A stretch of DNA of 36,624 nt, taken from NCBI GenBank assembly GCA_049582265.1, contig JBAUTP010000288.1, positions 1 through 36,624 of the forward strand, written 5' to 3'. Under the pieces are notes generated by a model. It made no database searches. It was not told the DNA's origin and saw only the letters and a list, made by a program, of their open reading frames with translations. Positions within the stretch are counted from its first letter, which is position 1; every line of letters begins with the position of its first letter. Position numbers and translations under genes: made by a program. Of the stretch, positions 8,421 through 15,546 are shown in pieces. This DNA is from Thermoplasmata archaeon. Its GTDB lineage: Archaea; Thermoplasmatota; Thermoplasmata; Lutacidiplasmatales; UBA184.

Positions 8421-9269
8421 ATGCGCCGCGGATCGATCAAGGTCATCCGCGGCGATGCGGCCGAGCTGCCAGGGATCCCCCCGGCATCGGTAGACCTCGT
8501 CGTCACATCCCCACCGTATCCCATGATCCCCCAGTGGGACGAGATGTTCGCTCGGGCCGGGGCTCCGACCTACAACGGCATGCATGACCGATTGGAGGGA
8601 GCGTGGCGGGCCTCCCATCGCGTGCTCGTCCCGGGAGGGATCTTGGCAGTGAACGTGGGCGATGCCGTCCGTCGCGTTGGCGAGCGCTTCCGTCTCTGGC
8701 CGAACCATGCCGAGGTCATGCGGCGTTGCGAATCCGTGGGATTCTCGCCGTTACCCTACATCCTCTGGCAGAAACCCATGAACCGTCCCAACGCGTTCCT
8801 AGGCTCCGGTTTTCTGCCGCCGAACGCCTACGTGACGTTGGATTGCGAATTCATCCTGCTTTTCCGAAAGGGCGAGCTTCGTCGGTTCCCCCCCCATGAT
8901 CCCGGCCGAGTCGCGAGCCGGTATTCCCGGAAGGAGCGCGATACCTGGTTCAGCCAGGTGTGGGAGGGGATCCGAGGGGCGCGTCAGGACGCCGATGGTC
9001 TCCGTACCGCGGCCTTCCCTCCCGAGATACCCCGCCGGCTGGTACGCATGTTCTCCCGGGCCGGTGATACGGTGCTGGACCCGTTCGCCGGCACGGGGAC
9101 TACGTTGTGGGTGGCCAGCGCGCTAGGCCGAAATGCGATCGGGGTTGAGCTTGAGCCTATGACGTTCGCTCGTCTTGAGGAACGGGCGAAGTCTCCCCCG
9201 GCGCTGAAGGAGCCTCGTGGGGCTCCGGCGTCTGGCGGTGCGCGATCTCCTCCTCGACGGCCTGCTTGA
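8421..9269 (+). CDS. beta-class DNA methyltransferase, SPPY motif (predicted N4-cytosine type), no cognate nuclease nearby
   Basis: These are the last 282 codons of the artefactual 816-aa track ORF. Motif IV is DLVVTSPPYP near the N-terminus and motif I is VLDPFAGTGTT near the C-terminus, so the motif order is that of a beta-class enzyme. ATG 8421 is the first start in frame after the divergent spacer. The last ~25 aa may be read-through. Confidence 0.85.
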   Translation: MRRGSIKVIRGDAAELPGIPPASVDLVVTSPPYPMIPQWDEMFARAGAPTYNGMHDRLEGAWRASHRVLVPGGILAVNVGDAVRRVGERFRLWPNHAEVMRRCESVGFSPLPYILWQKPMNRPNAFLGSGFLPPNAYVTLDCEFILLFRKGELRRFPPHDPGRVASRYSRKERDTWFSQVWEGIRGARQDADGLRTAAFPPEIPRRLVRMFSRAGDTVLDPFAGTGTTLWVASALGRNAIGVELEPMTFARLEERAKSPPALKEPRGAPASGGARSPPRRPA

Positions 9270-9774
9270 GGTAGCTCAGAGCGGAATTGTTGAGCCGGTC
9301 GAGGTGGAGTAAAAGGTAGTGCAGGTAGATGCGTTCGGGCCGGTGCGAGGGTCCGGGCGCTCGGTGGGGCCCCGGTCCAGGAAGCTCGTCCGTTTCGTTC
9401 CGTGCGTGCCGGGCGAGGGTCTCGGCATGATGCTCGTGCTCAGTTCCGTGAAGAGTGCGACCGGTGGATCCCGAAAGGGGCGGATAGATCCGACCGACGG
9501 GATCGTACGGCGGCTCGGCTTCCATCGCCGCCGAGCGGCTGAGCGCCTCGGCCCGCTGGAGGCGTTCTTGCACGTAAGGGTGAATCGGTCGGTCCGGATC
9601 CTGTAAGTCGGCGAGGGGAACGCCTGCCACATCCTCTACGATCGCTTTAAAATTCCAGCTGGAACGGCGCCGAACGGGCCCGTCGGCGGTCGGGCCCTGA
9701 GAATCGGCGGCCATCAACGACGCTCGCGGCCGAGGTCTCATAAACGTGCCGTTGGAGCTGAAGAACCTACTCAT
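9157..9774 (-). CDS. hypothetical Pro/His-rich soluble protein, last gene of the VirB4-type operon
   Basis: 205 aa. Its ATG overlaps the ATPase stop by 8 nt (ATGAGTAG). It has no TM segment and contains HGTEHEHHAE and a helical YLHYLLLHLDRLNNSALSYLKQAVEEE segment. No family recognised. Confidence 0.55.
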   Translation of the reverse strand: MSRFFSSNGTFMRPRPRASLMAADSQGPTADGPVRRRSSWNFKAIVEDVAGVPLADLQDPDRPIHPYVQERLQRAEALSRSAAMEAEPPYDPVGRIYPPLSGSTGRTLHGTEHEHHAETLARHARNETDELPGPGPHRAPGPSHRPERIYLHYLLLHLDRLNNSALSYLKQAVEEEIAHRQTPEPHEAPSAPGETSPVPQDERTS

Positions 9775-11443
9775 TCAACGTCGACGCTGGTGGGCTAAGA
9801 ACGCCTCGGAGGAACTCGTACTCGGGCGTCGACGCCACGACCGCGATGGGAAGGTGCCCAGGCCCTAAGCGCAGCAATCCTTCGGCGTACCCCGCCTCTC
9901 GCGGCAGCCGAGCTCGAGGGAGCCAGTCGGCCTCGGCCTCCGTGAGTCGGAAGAACTCGCGGGTGGTCGAGGACACTGCGGTCACGCGAAGAAACGTTGT
10001 GGCGCGTAGATTGCGAGCGAGAGCGCGCCCGCTCTCGGTCGCCAGAACGTCATCCGGATTCTGGCTGAGGAGCAACACTCCGGCATCAAAGTGACGGGCG
10101 AGTCGGACAAGCCGCTCCAGGAACTCGGCAGTCCGGGGGTCTCGAGTGAGGAGGTGCGCTTCGTCAACGATCAGCAGCTTCCGACCCGGGCGAGTGCGGA
10201 GTCGGACGAAGACGAAGTCGAGGCAGAAGGCGAGGTAGAACGGTAGTTGCTGGGAGGGGACGCCGGCGAGGTCGAACGAAAGAGGAGAGCCTGCCGACAT
10301 CAAGGTCGTCGGCCCATTGAGATGTCGGAGCGATCCCGTCCGGAAGACCTCCAGGAGGCCTCGGAGGCGTCCCGCATCCGATGACTCGGGGAGCCCATCG
10401 ATGAGGTCCGAGAACGTGGGTGGTGGGCCGGGCGCATCATACCGACGCCGGAGCACCGAATCGAGCTGGGCGGATTCCTCGTCACGGAGGCTGGGAAAAA
10501 GCGCGGAAACCATGGTGGTCACCCGGCTCGCCTTCTCATCGAGGTCGCCGGCGGTGGTCGAGGGGTCGAGAGGGTTCACCTGAACGAGAGCATTCGCGCG
10601 CATCGGAACGAGCGTTCCCCCCAACGCACGAACGAACCCCCCGAACTCCCCTAACGGGTCGATCACGATCACGTCGAGCTGCGGGCTCATCCAACGACTG
10701 CGCATCGCCCACAGTGCGGCAGCGAACGTCTTTCCCGAACCTGTCGTTCCGAAGAGAGCCCACGAGTAGCTCGCGTGCGACCACCGGTTGAGGAGGACGG
10801 GTGTCGCGTCGTCGAGCAGAAGCCCGACCAGGATGCCCTCGGGATCGGCAACCATTTCGTCCACGAACGGAAAGAACGACGCTACGCCATCCGTGGTGAG
10901 CGTATGCCAGTATCCCGATGGTCGGACCTCCGTTCCACCCAGCGACGGCGCCGCCGAGGCACGACTCGCTTCGTAGAGAGGAAGTCGGGACCGAAACCCT
11001 AGCGATTCGAGACCGCGACGAAGATCGTCGCGTACGCGCTCCGCACGGGCCGGGCTTCGGCCAAGGGCATGCAAACTCACGCCGAACCGCCAGAGCTCCT
11101 GCTCGCGCGCGGCCACATCGCGCGCGATGCTCGCCGTGACGTCCGCCTCTTGGGCGAGTTGCGCCGGCCGACCTCCCACTGAGCCAGATCCGCTCGCCAG
11201 CTCGGCTCGAGCCGTCACCGCGGCTCGATGGAGGATCTCACCCGCTTGAGGGGCCGGGATCGGGTGCAATTGAAATCGGAGCTCGGCGGGCCGAGAGGTG
11301 GGTAATATTCGGCCCAGGAACCCAAAAGGAACTTCGGGAGGAAACTCGCCTAGAAGGAGAGGAGCGTCGTATAGCATTCCGCGTTTCGTCCACAACCGCC
11401 CCTCGGTGGTCGCGGAACCGTTCGGACGGTCGGGGCCGGTCAC
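9767..11443 (-). CDS. VirB4/TrbE/CedB-type conjugation-family ATPase (C-terminal two thirds of a VirB4)
   Basis: Walker A FGTTGSGKT, VIVIDPLGEFGGF..LGG, Walker B KLLIVDEAHLL, and LLLSQNPDDV. An upstream EFPPEVPFGFLGRIL...LRFQLHPIP segment is typical of Gram-positive/archaeal (MPF-FATA) VirB4. The first 92 codons of the track ORF are Arg-rich junk overlapping the 101-aa gene. The start is GTG 11443 (GTGA overlap with the upstream stop) or ATG 11377. Confidence 0.85.
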   Translation of the reverse strand: MTGPDRPNGSATTEGRLWTKRGMLYDAPLLLGEFPPEVPFGFLGRILPTSRPAELRFQLHPIPAPQAGEILHRAAVTARAELASGSGSVGGRPAQLAQEADVTASIARDVAAREQELWRFGVSLHALGRSPARAERVRDDLRRGLESLGFRSRLPLYEASRASAAPSLGGTEVRPSGYWHTLTTDGVASFFPFVDEMVADPEGILVGLLLDDATPVLLNRWSHASYSWALFGTTGSGKTFAAALWAMRSRWMSPQLDVIVIDPLGEFGGFVRALGGTLVPMRANALVQVNPLDPSTTAGDLDEKASRVTTMVSALFPSLRDEESAQLDSVLRRRYDAPGPPPTFSDLIDGLPESSDAGRLRGLLEVFRTGSLRHLNGPTTLMSAGSPLSFDLAGVPSQQLPFYLAFCLDFVFVRLRTRPGRKLLIVDEAHLLTRDPRTAEFLERLVRLARHFDAGVLLLSQNPDDVLATESGRALARNLRATTFLRVTAVSSTTREFFRLTEAEADWLPRARLPREAGYAEGLLRLGPGHLPIAVVASTPEYEFLRGVLSPPASTLNE

Positions 11444-11745
11444 GCCCTCCCACGCCTCCAGCGTGTTAGAAGCAGCGGCGACCACGCCATGCCCGCTGCG
11501 AAAACCCCTAGGACTACTCCGGCTTCCCGATGGCTCAGGATCGTTAGGAGCCCGTAGAGGACCCAGCCGGTAGTTCCTCCGGCGATGGGGAGAACGGGAA
11601 CGGCGACGTGAATGCCCGGGCCGGCGTGCTGTCGGGCCTCGCCCCAGCGTATGAGTTCGATCGCTAGCGTGAGCGCCGCCAGCGCCCCGGTCAGACCGGC
11701 CCAGTACGGTGCCACCCACGATGCCGCGCCGGTCCCCACGGCCAT
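11440..11745 (-). CDS. small 3-TM membrane protein
   Basis: 101 aa with an ATG start and three hydrophobic stretches (AASWVAPYWAGLTGALAALTLAI, HVAVPVLPIAGGTTGWVLYGLLTIL, GVVLGVFAAGMAWSPLLL). Its stop is coupled to the ATPase start. It is far more protein-like than the overlapping frame. Confidence 0.6.
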   Translation of the reverse strand: MAVGTGAASWVAPYWAGLTGALAALTLAIELIRWGEARQHAGPGIHVAVPVLPIAGGTTGWVLYGLLTILSHREAGVVLGVFAAGMAWSPLLLTRWRRGRA

Positions 11746-11806
11746 GATGCCGGCCAGCCGCTGGGTGTTCTCACGGGTCGGAGCAGGGAAAAGCGGAGCC
11801 GCGATC

Positions 11807-12574
11807 TCACCCCCGTCCCAGTCCGAGGCAGCTCAGAGCGTGGTCGAGTGCACGTCCTTCGAGCCGGTCCACCGAGAGGCCTAGCTTTTGGAATTCCAGT
11901 TGCAGCGCCGAGACACGTACATCCAGGCGTTCTATCTCCCGCGCCGTACTTCCTTCGGAAAAGAGGACCCAACGCACACGGCGACGAAACCGGCGATGAC
12001 AAAGTAAGCGTACCATCTCGACATATCCTGCACGCGCCGAGCTGTCAGCTGTGGCATTCGCGTTCAGGACGCGAGGAAGGAACGGTCGCGCCGGAAGCGG
12101 CTCCACCCCCGCGCAAACAAATGCTTCGCCGCCGAGGGACCGCAGAGCGTTTCGATACGTCCCGAACAGATGGCGTCGATCTTCGAGCGGCAGAAAGGTG
12201 GTCGGCGTCCCGCCACTCACGAGCACGGCGGCGCTCCGTCCTTGGGAAAGTTCTACCACGTCGCCGGGTGCCGTTTCGAGGGATAGAGCGGGCGAAGACG
12301 GAGGAATGGGCTTCCGCCTACGCCAGCGCCAACCGACATAATCCGAGAGCCGGCGGTCGATCGGTTTCCCTTCCCAGCGAGGTAGGGTGACCAAGGCCCC
12401 CGCACCCAAACATGGAAGCCACGCCCAGGGGCCGAACCCGAGCGCGAGAAGCCCGCCGGCGACGGCATAACCGAGGAACTTGAGAGCATCCTGACCCGAG
12501 CGAAAGGGGCCGAGTTGAAGCGTGCGTTCGACGGGTTCGGGAAGACCGACCACGAAGGATTCTGCTCCGCTCAT
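11807..12574 (-). CDS. PrgI/VirB3-like membrane hairpin fused to a VirB4 N-terminal-domain-like region
   Basis: 255 aa. The N-terminus (LQLGPFRSGQDALKFLGYAVAGGLLALGFGPWAWLPCLGAGALVTLPRWEGKPIDRRLSDYVGWRWRRRK) follows the PrgI-family pattern. The rest (DVVELSQGRSAAVLVSGGTPTTFLPLEDRRHLFGTYRNALRSLG...) follows the N-terminal pattern of MPF-FATA VirB4 proteins. There is an ATGA overlap with the upstream gene. Confidence 0.65.
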   Translation of the reverse strand: MSGAESFVVGLPEPVERTLQLGPFRSGQDALKFLGYAVAGGLLALGFGPWAWLPCLGAGALVTLPRWEGKPIDRRLSDYVGWRWRRRKPIPPSSPALSLETAPGDVVELSQGRSAAVLVSGGTPTTFLPLEDRRHLFGTYRNALRSLGGEAFVCAGVEPLPARPFLPRVLNANATADSSARAGYVEMVRLLCHRRFRRRVRWVLFSEGSTAREIERLDVRVSALQLEFQKLGLSVDRLEGRALDHALSCLGLGRG

Positions 12575-13722
12575 CGGCCACTCCCGGGACGCGAAGGAGG
12601 GAAGCCGACGGTCTTCGGAGGCGAACCGGGCCCCGCACGATTCGGGCCATGCTTCGAGAGGTGGCTGACGAGGTGATGAGCCCCGCGGCCCAGCAGCTCA
12701 GCTCCGACCAGTGGGACGGTCGCCGGGAAGGAGCTCGCCCCCGCCGCACGACTCACCGAGGAGAGCAAGGACCCCGCGGCGCCGCCGGTCTCACCCGCAC
12801 TACTCCATGGTCGAGCGAGGCCCGTCGCAGCGGGCGAGACGCTGTTGAACCCCCGTTGGATCCCTCCCGATACTACGCCGGCGCTGCCCGGAAGGCCCAG
12901 GTGCCCCAGGTGAGTGCCCGCGGTGCTCAACAGGGCCGGTGAGGCGAGCGCCAGCGCGAGGTATGCGACTAGGATGAGCACGTTCGGAGACGCGACGGCG
13001 AGTTCGAGCGGAATCAGGACGACGCAGGGCCAGACCACCAGCTCGCCGAAGAGCCGCCAGGCCCGACGTGCAAGAGGTGCCAGGGTAGGGATCGGCCAAA
13101 CCAGGGTGAAGGCGGGAAGTAGCACGAGGAGTACGGCAAGGGCCGCATCCCGGAACGCGACGGCGACCGCCAGCAACACGATCTCGAAGAAGAGCGCGAA
13201 CGAAAGAACAAAGGCAATGGCGCCGTTCTGCCAGGAGAAGCCGATCTCGCCGGGTCCCGCCAGGTTCTCCCAGTCCCTCCATGCGCCACCGTCGAAGGCC
13301 GCAACAATGGGAAAGATGGTTCCCCCGAATCCCAAGAGAACGTTTGCGATGGGCACGGTGAAATTGGCGACGACGATCGCGACGAGGACTCGCGGAAAGA
13401 GCCCTTCGGTCGGCGGTCCCCACCGGCCGAGCGAGGACCGTGCCAGAAAGACGACGCCGACGGCGAGAACGACGATGACGATCGCGGGGTCGACCACCGT
13501 AACGAGGAGATACTCGCTGAACTCGGCAGCCACCGTTAGGAAACCGGCGCCGCCCGACCCGTCAAGGGAGAGGACGGGAAAGAGCGCGCTTCCGTTGAGC
13601 TCGGGGACGAGCAGATTGTTGTAGGTCGGCAGCAGGACTGCTGACAAGACGGCGGTGAGCTCACCGAAAAGCCCGAAGAGGACTCCTTGGATGATCTCCT
13701 CGATCAACTGTTCCAAATCCAT
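12571..13722 (-). CDS. polytopic (about 7 TM) VirB6/TrbL/CedA-like membrane protein with Gly/Ser/Ala-rich C-terminal tail
   Basis: Real start is ATG 13722 (MDLEQLIEEIIQGVLFG...), 10 nt after the pilin-like stop and preceded by GAGGA. The 67 upstream codons of the track ORF are junk overlapping the previous gene. About seven long hydrophobic segments are followed by a ~90-aa low-complexity tail. The assignment rests on architecture and context only. Confidence 0.6.
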   Translation of the reverse strand: MDLEQLIEEIIQGVLFGLFGELTAVLSAVLLPTYNNLLVPELNGSALFPVLSLDGSGGAGFLTVAAEFSEYLLVTVVDPAIVIVVLAVGVVFLARSSLGRWGPPTEGLFPRVLVAIVVANFTVPIANVLLGFGGTIFPIVAAFDGGAWRDWENLAGPGEIGFSWQNGAIAFVLSFALFFEIVLLAVAVAFRDAALAVLLVLLPAFTLVWPIPTLAPLARRAWRLFGELVVWPCVVLIPLELAVASPNVLILVAYLALALASPALLSTAGTHLGHLGLPGSAGVVSGGIQRGFNSVSPAATGLARPWSSAGETGGAAGSLLSSVSRAAGASSFPATVPLVGAELLGRGAHHLVSHLSKHGPNRAGPGSPPKTVGFPPSRPGSGR

Positions 13723-13732
13723 CGGAGGGTCC

Positions 13733-14104
13733 TCAGGTCCCGGTGAGGACCCAGTGGGCGAGCCCCCAGGCAAGCCCGGTGAGCGCGGCCGTGAACAGCA
13801 GGCTACCGATGAGCGCGTCCCGGGCGCGGTCCTTGGCCTGTACCTTCTTCGTGATATCGTTCGAGAACCAGCTGAGGGCGACGCGAGCCCATACGAGAGC
13901 GAGGAGCGCGCCCCCCGAGGCACCCACGAGGTCGACGAGACGGTTGAGAGCGGTCGTAAAGTTCGCCTCGGCCGTTTGCGCCGTGGGCCGAACCATCACG
14001 GTCGAGCCGTGAGCCGGTAACGGAAAGGGACCGGACCAGGAAAGAGCGAGAGCCACTACGAGGCCGAGGAGGAGGGAAGTACTCAGGTGCCCAGTATCGC
14101 TCAT
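13733..14104 (-). CDS. VirB2/TrbC/CedA1-type pilin candidate
   Basis: 123 aa. Signal-peptide-like N-terminus (LLLGLVVALALSWSGPFPLPAHG), then two hydrophobic helices (LVDLVGASGGALLALVWARVALSWF and LIGSLLFTAALTGLAWGLAHWVL) separated by a basic loop (KKVQAKDRAR). It is the first gene of the operon. Confidence 0.5.
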   Translation of the reverse strand: MSDTGHLSTSLLLGLVVALALSWSGPFPLPAHGSTVMVRPTAQTAEANFTTALNRLVDLVGASGGALLALVWARVALSWFSNDITKKVQAKDRARDALIGSLLFTAALTGLAWGLAHWVLTGT

Positions 14105-14313
14105 ACGGGTACGCTTCCCGAGGCACGTCCGGTCGCCGGTTCATCGGCGCGTCGAGGCCGCCCTTCCGTCGGGGAGATTCGCCGCGACTCGGTTTCTCTG
14201 ACCGACCGACCTCTTCCGTTGCACCCGCCAACGACCCGCAGCACGGAACCACCCGAATTCCGACTCCGTTGGGGGTATTTTCGCGCTCGTTGCCGAGCGA
14301 ACGGTGAAGGGTG

Positions 14314-14979
14314 CTAGGGGAACGTCGTCATCCAGAAGGCGACATGATCACGAGCGAACGGGCTCAGATCGGCGGTGCGCAGTACGCGGTAACCGGCTTC
14401 CGTAAGTTCCCGCTGCGCCGTTTGAGTGATCGCCCTTGGGGTTCGCGTCTGGGTCACGGAGCGAACCTTCAGCATGAACACGAGACATCCTCGGGGATTG
14501 AGGAAGGTGGTGGCGTTTTCGAGAAGGATCGTCGTTTGGGCTCGCTGCGCGATGTCCTGGTAGAGAAGATCGACGCGGCCCACGTCGGCGGCGTAGCGCT
14601 CGGGGAGCTGAGCGTCGGCGAGGATGGGCAGGACATTGCTCCTCCGATGCGCGAGAACGAGAAGTTGACCGAAGGCCACCGGGCTCTTTTCGACAGCGTA
14701 GACAGTCGCCTTGGGGAAGAGATCGGCGACATGGCTGACAGTCGTTCCATGAGCCGCTCCGAGATACAGCACGGACTCGACAGGGTCGGGCAGCGAGGGA
14801 AACGACGCCTCCCGGACGAGCAGGGCCGCGAGCTTCGACCGCCAAGGGTCCCACGTTCGATACTCCACCCCGTCGACGAGTTTGAGGTCTTCTCCGTATA
14901 CGCGATGGCCGATGTCCGCGTTCCGTGTGTAGACGTTGCGACCGTCCCGAAGGACGTTGGGCCACGTGGTGGGCCGCAC
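14314..14979 (-). CDS. flpA: fibrillarin-like rRNA/tRNA 2'-O-methyltransferase
   Basis: 221 aa. It aligns from memory along its whole length with archaeal fibrillarin: VYGE..VDGVEYR.W.P.RSKLAA, LYLGAAHGTTVSHVAD, VYAVE.SP, N..PILADA..P..Y, VD.LYQDIAQ..Q..IL..N...FL, and SPF..DH. Confidence 0.92.
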   Translation of the reverse strand: MRPTTWPNVLRDGRNVYTRNADIGHRVYGEDLKLVDGVEYRTWDPWRSKLAALLVREASFPSLPDPVESVLYLGAAHGTTVSHVADLFPKATVYAVEKSPVAFGQLLVLAHRRSNVLPILADAQLPERYAADVGRVDLLYQDIAQRAQTTILLENATTFLNPRGCLVFMLKVRSVTQTRTPRAITQTAQRELTEAGYRVLRTADLSPFARDHVAFWMTTFP

Positions 14980-14986
14980 TTCCCAC

Positions 14987-15451
14987 TCACCCTAGAGCGA
15001 CGGCCAGTTCGACCTCAACGGGAGCGTTGAGCGGAAGCGAGGCCACCCCCATCGAGACACGTGCCGGCCGGCCCCGCTCATCGAACAGTTCGACCAGCAG
15101 CTCGGTTGCTCCATTGCCTACATCATGCTGACGAACAAACCCGGTCGAGGAGGCCACGTAGATACCGACCCTGACCACGCGCGAGATACGGTCGATGGAC
15201 CCCAGTGTTGTCTGAAGAGCACTGAGGGCCTGAAGCGTGGCCCGCCGTGCGAGCTCCTTGGCTTGATCGAACGGCACGTCCCGATCGACGAGCCCCGGCG
15301 AGACGACCGACCCAGCATCGGTTACAATCTGTCCGGAGACCCAGGCCCGATCCTTTTCGACGACCACCGGTGCGTACGTCCCGGCGGGTTTTGGCGGAGG
15401 TGGGAGGACCAGGTTCTTCTGCTTCAGGCGAGCGGTCGGAGAGTCGACCAT
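14987..15451 (-). CDS. RidA/YjgF/L-PSP family protein
   Basis: Real start is ATG 15451 (MVDSPTARLKQ..., 154 aa). The 125 upstream codons of the track ORF are junk. Typical motifs are YAPVVV..D.AWVSGQ and ARVSMGVASLPLNAPVEVE. It ends 7 nt before flpA. Confidence 0.85.
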   Translation of the reverse strand: MVDSPTARLKQKNLVLPPPPKPAGTYAPVVVEKDRAWVSGQIVTDAGSVVSPGLVDRDVPFDQAKELARRATLQALSALQTTLGSIDRISRVVRVGIYVASSTGFVRQHDVGNGATELLVELFDERGRPARVSMGVASLPLNAPVEVELAVALG

Positions 15452-15473
15452 GCGCTCGGTAGTCCGTCGGGGG

Positions 15474-15523
15474 TAAAACCTCGCGGTGGAGCCCGTTGGT
15501 CCGTTGGAGCGGACAACGTAAAT
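15474..15523. promoter_or_regulatory. divergent promoter spacer with two AT-rich boxes (TAAAA 15474-15478 for ridA-flpA; TAAAT 15519-15523 for the zinc-ribbon gene)
   Basis: Each box lies about 23-28 nt upstream of its start codon (15451 minus, 15547 plus) in an otherwise GC-rich 95-nt spacer. This is archaeal leaderless-promoter geometry. Confidence 0.4.
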
Positions 15524-15546
15524 CGAACCTCCTCCTTCGGCCGCCG

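Noticed and set aside
6819-9269. 816-aa + strand ORF, the longest in the track
   Set aside because: It is a chimera. Codons up to about 8357 are antisense to the well-supported HPS/RraA gene and read as Arg/Pro/His-rich junk. Only the last 282 codons (from ATG 8421) form a recognisable protein, the DNA methyltransferase.
8421-9774. Methyltransferase plus the neighbouring 205-aa gene as a type II restriction-modification pair
   Set aside because: The 205-aa gene is translationally coupled to the VirB4 ATPase on the opposite strand and shows no PD-(D/E)xK, HNH or GIY-YIG motif that I can see.
11444-11719. N-terminal 92 codons of the 650-aa ATPase ORF
   Set aside because: The translation is Arg/Ser/Pro/Gly-rich (…RRPGHSRRRSRSPHRRRN…) and overlaps the much more protein-like 101-aa 3-TM ORF in another frame. 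A GTGA-coupled start at 11443 explains the layout.
13723-13923. N-terminal 67 codons of the 450-aa membrane-protein ORF
   Set aside because: The sequence is Arg/Ser/Pro-rich and overlaps the pilin-like gene. ATG 13722, with an upstream GAGGA, is the credible start.
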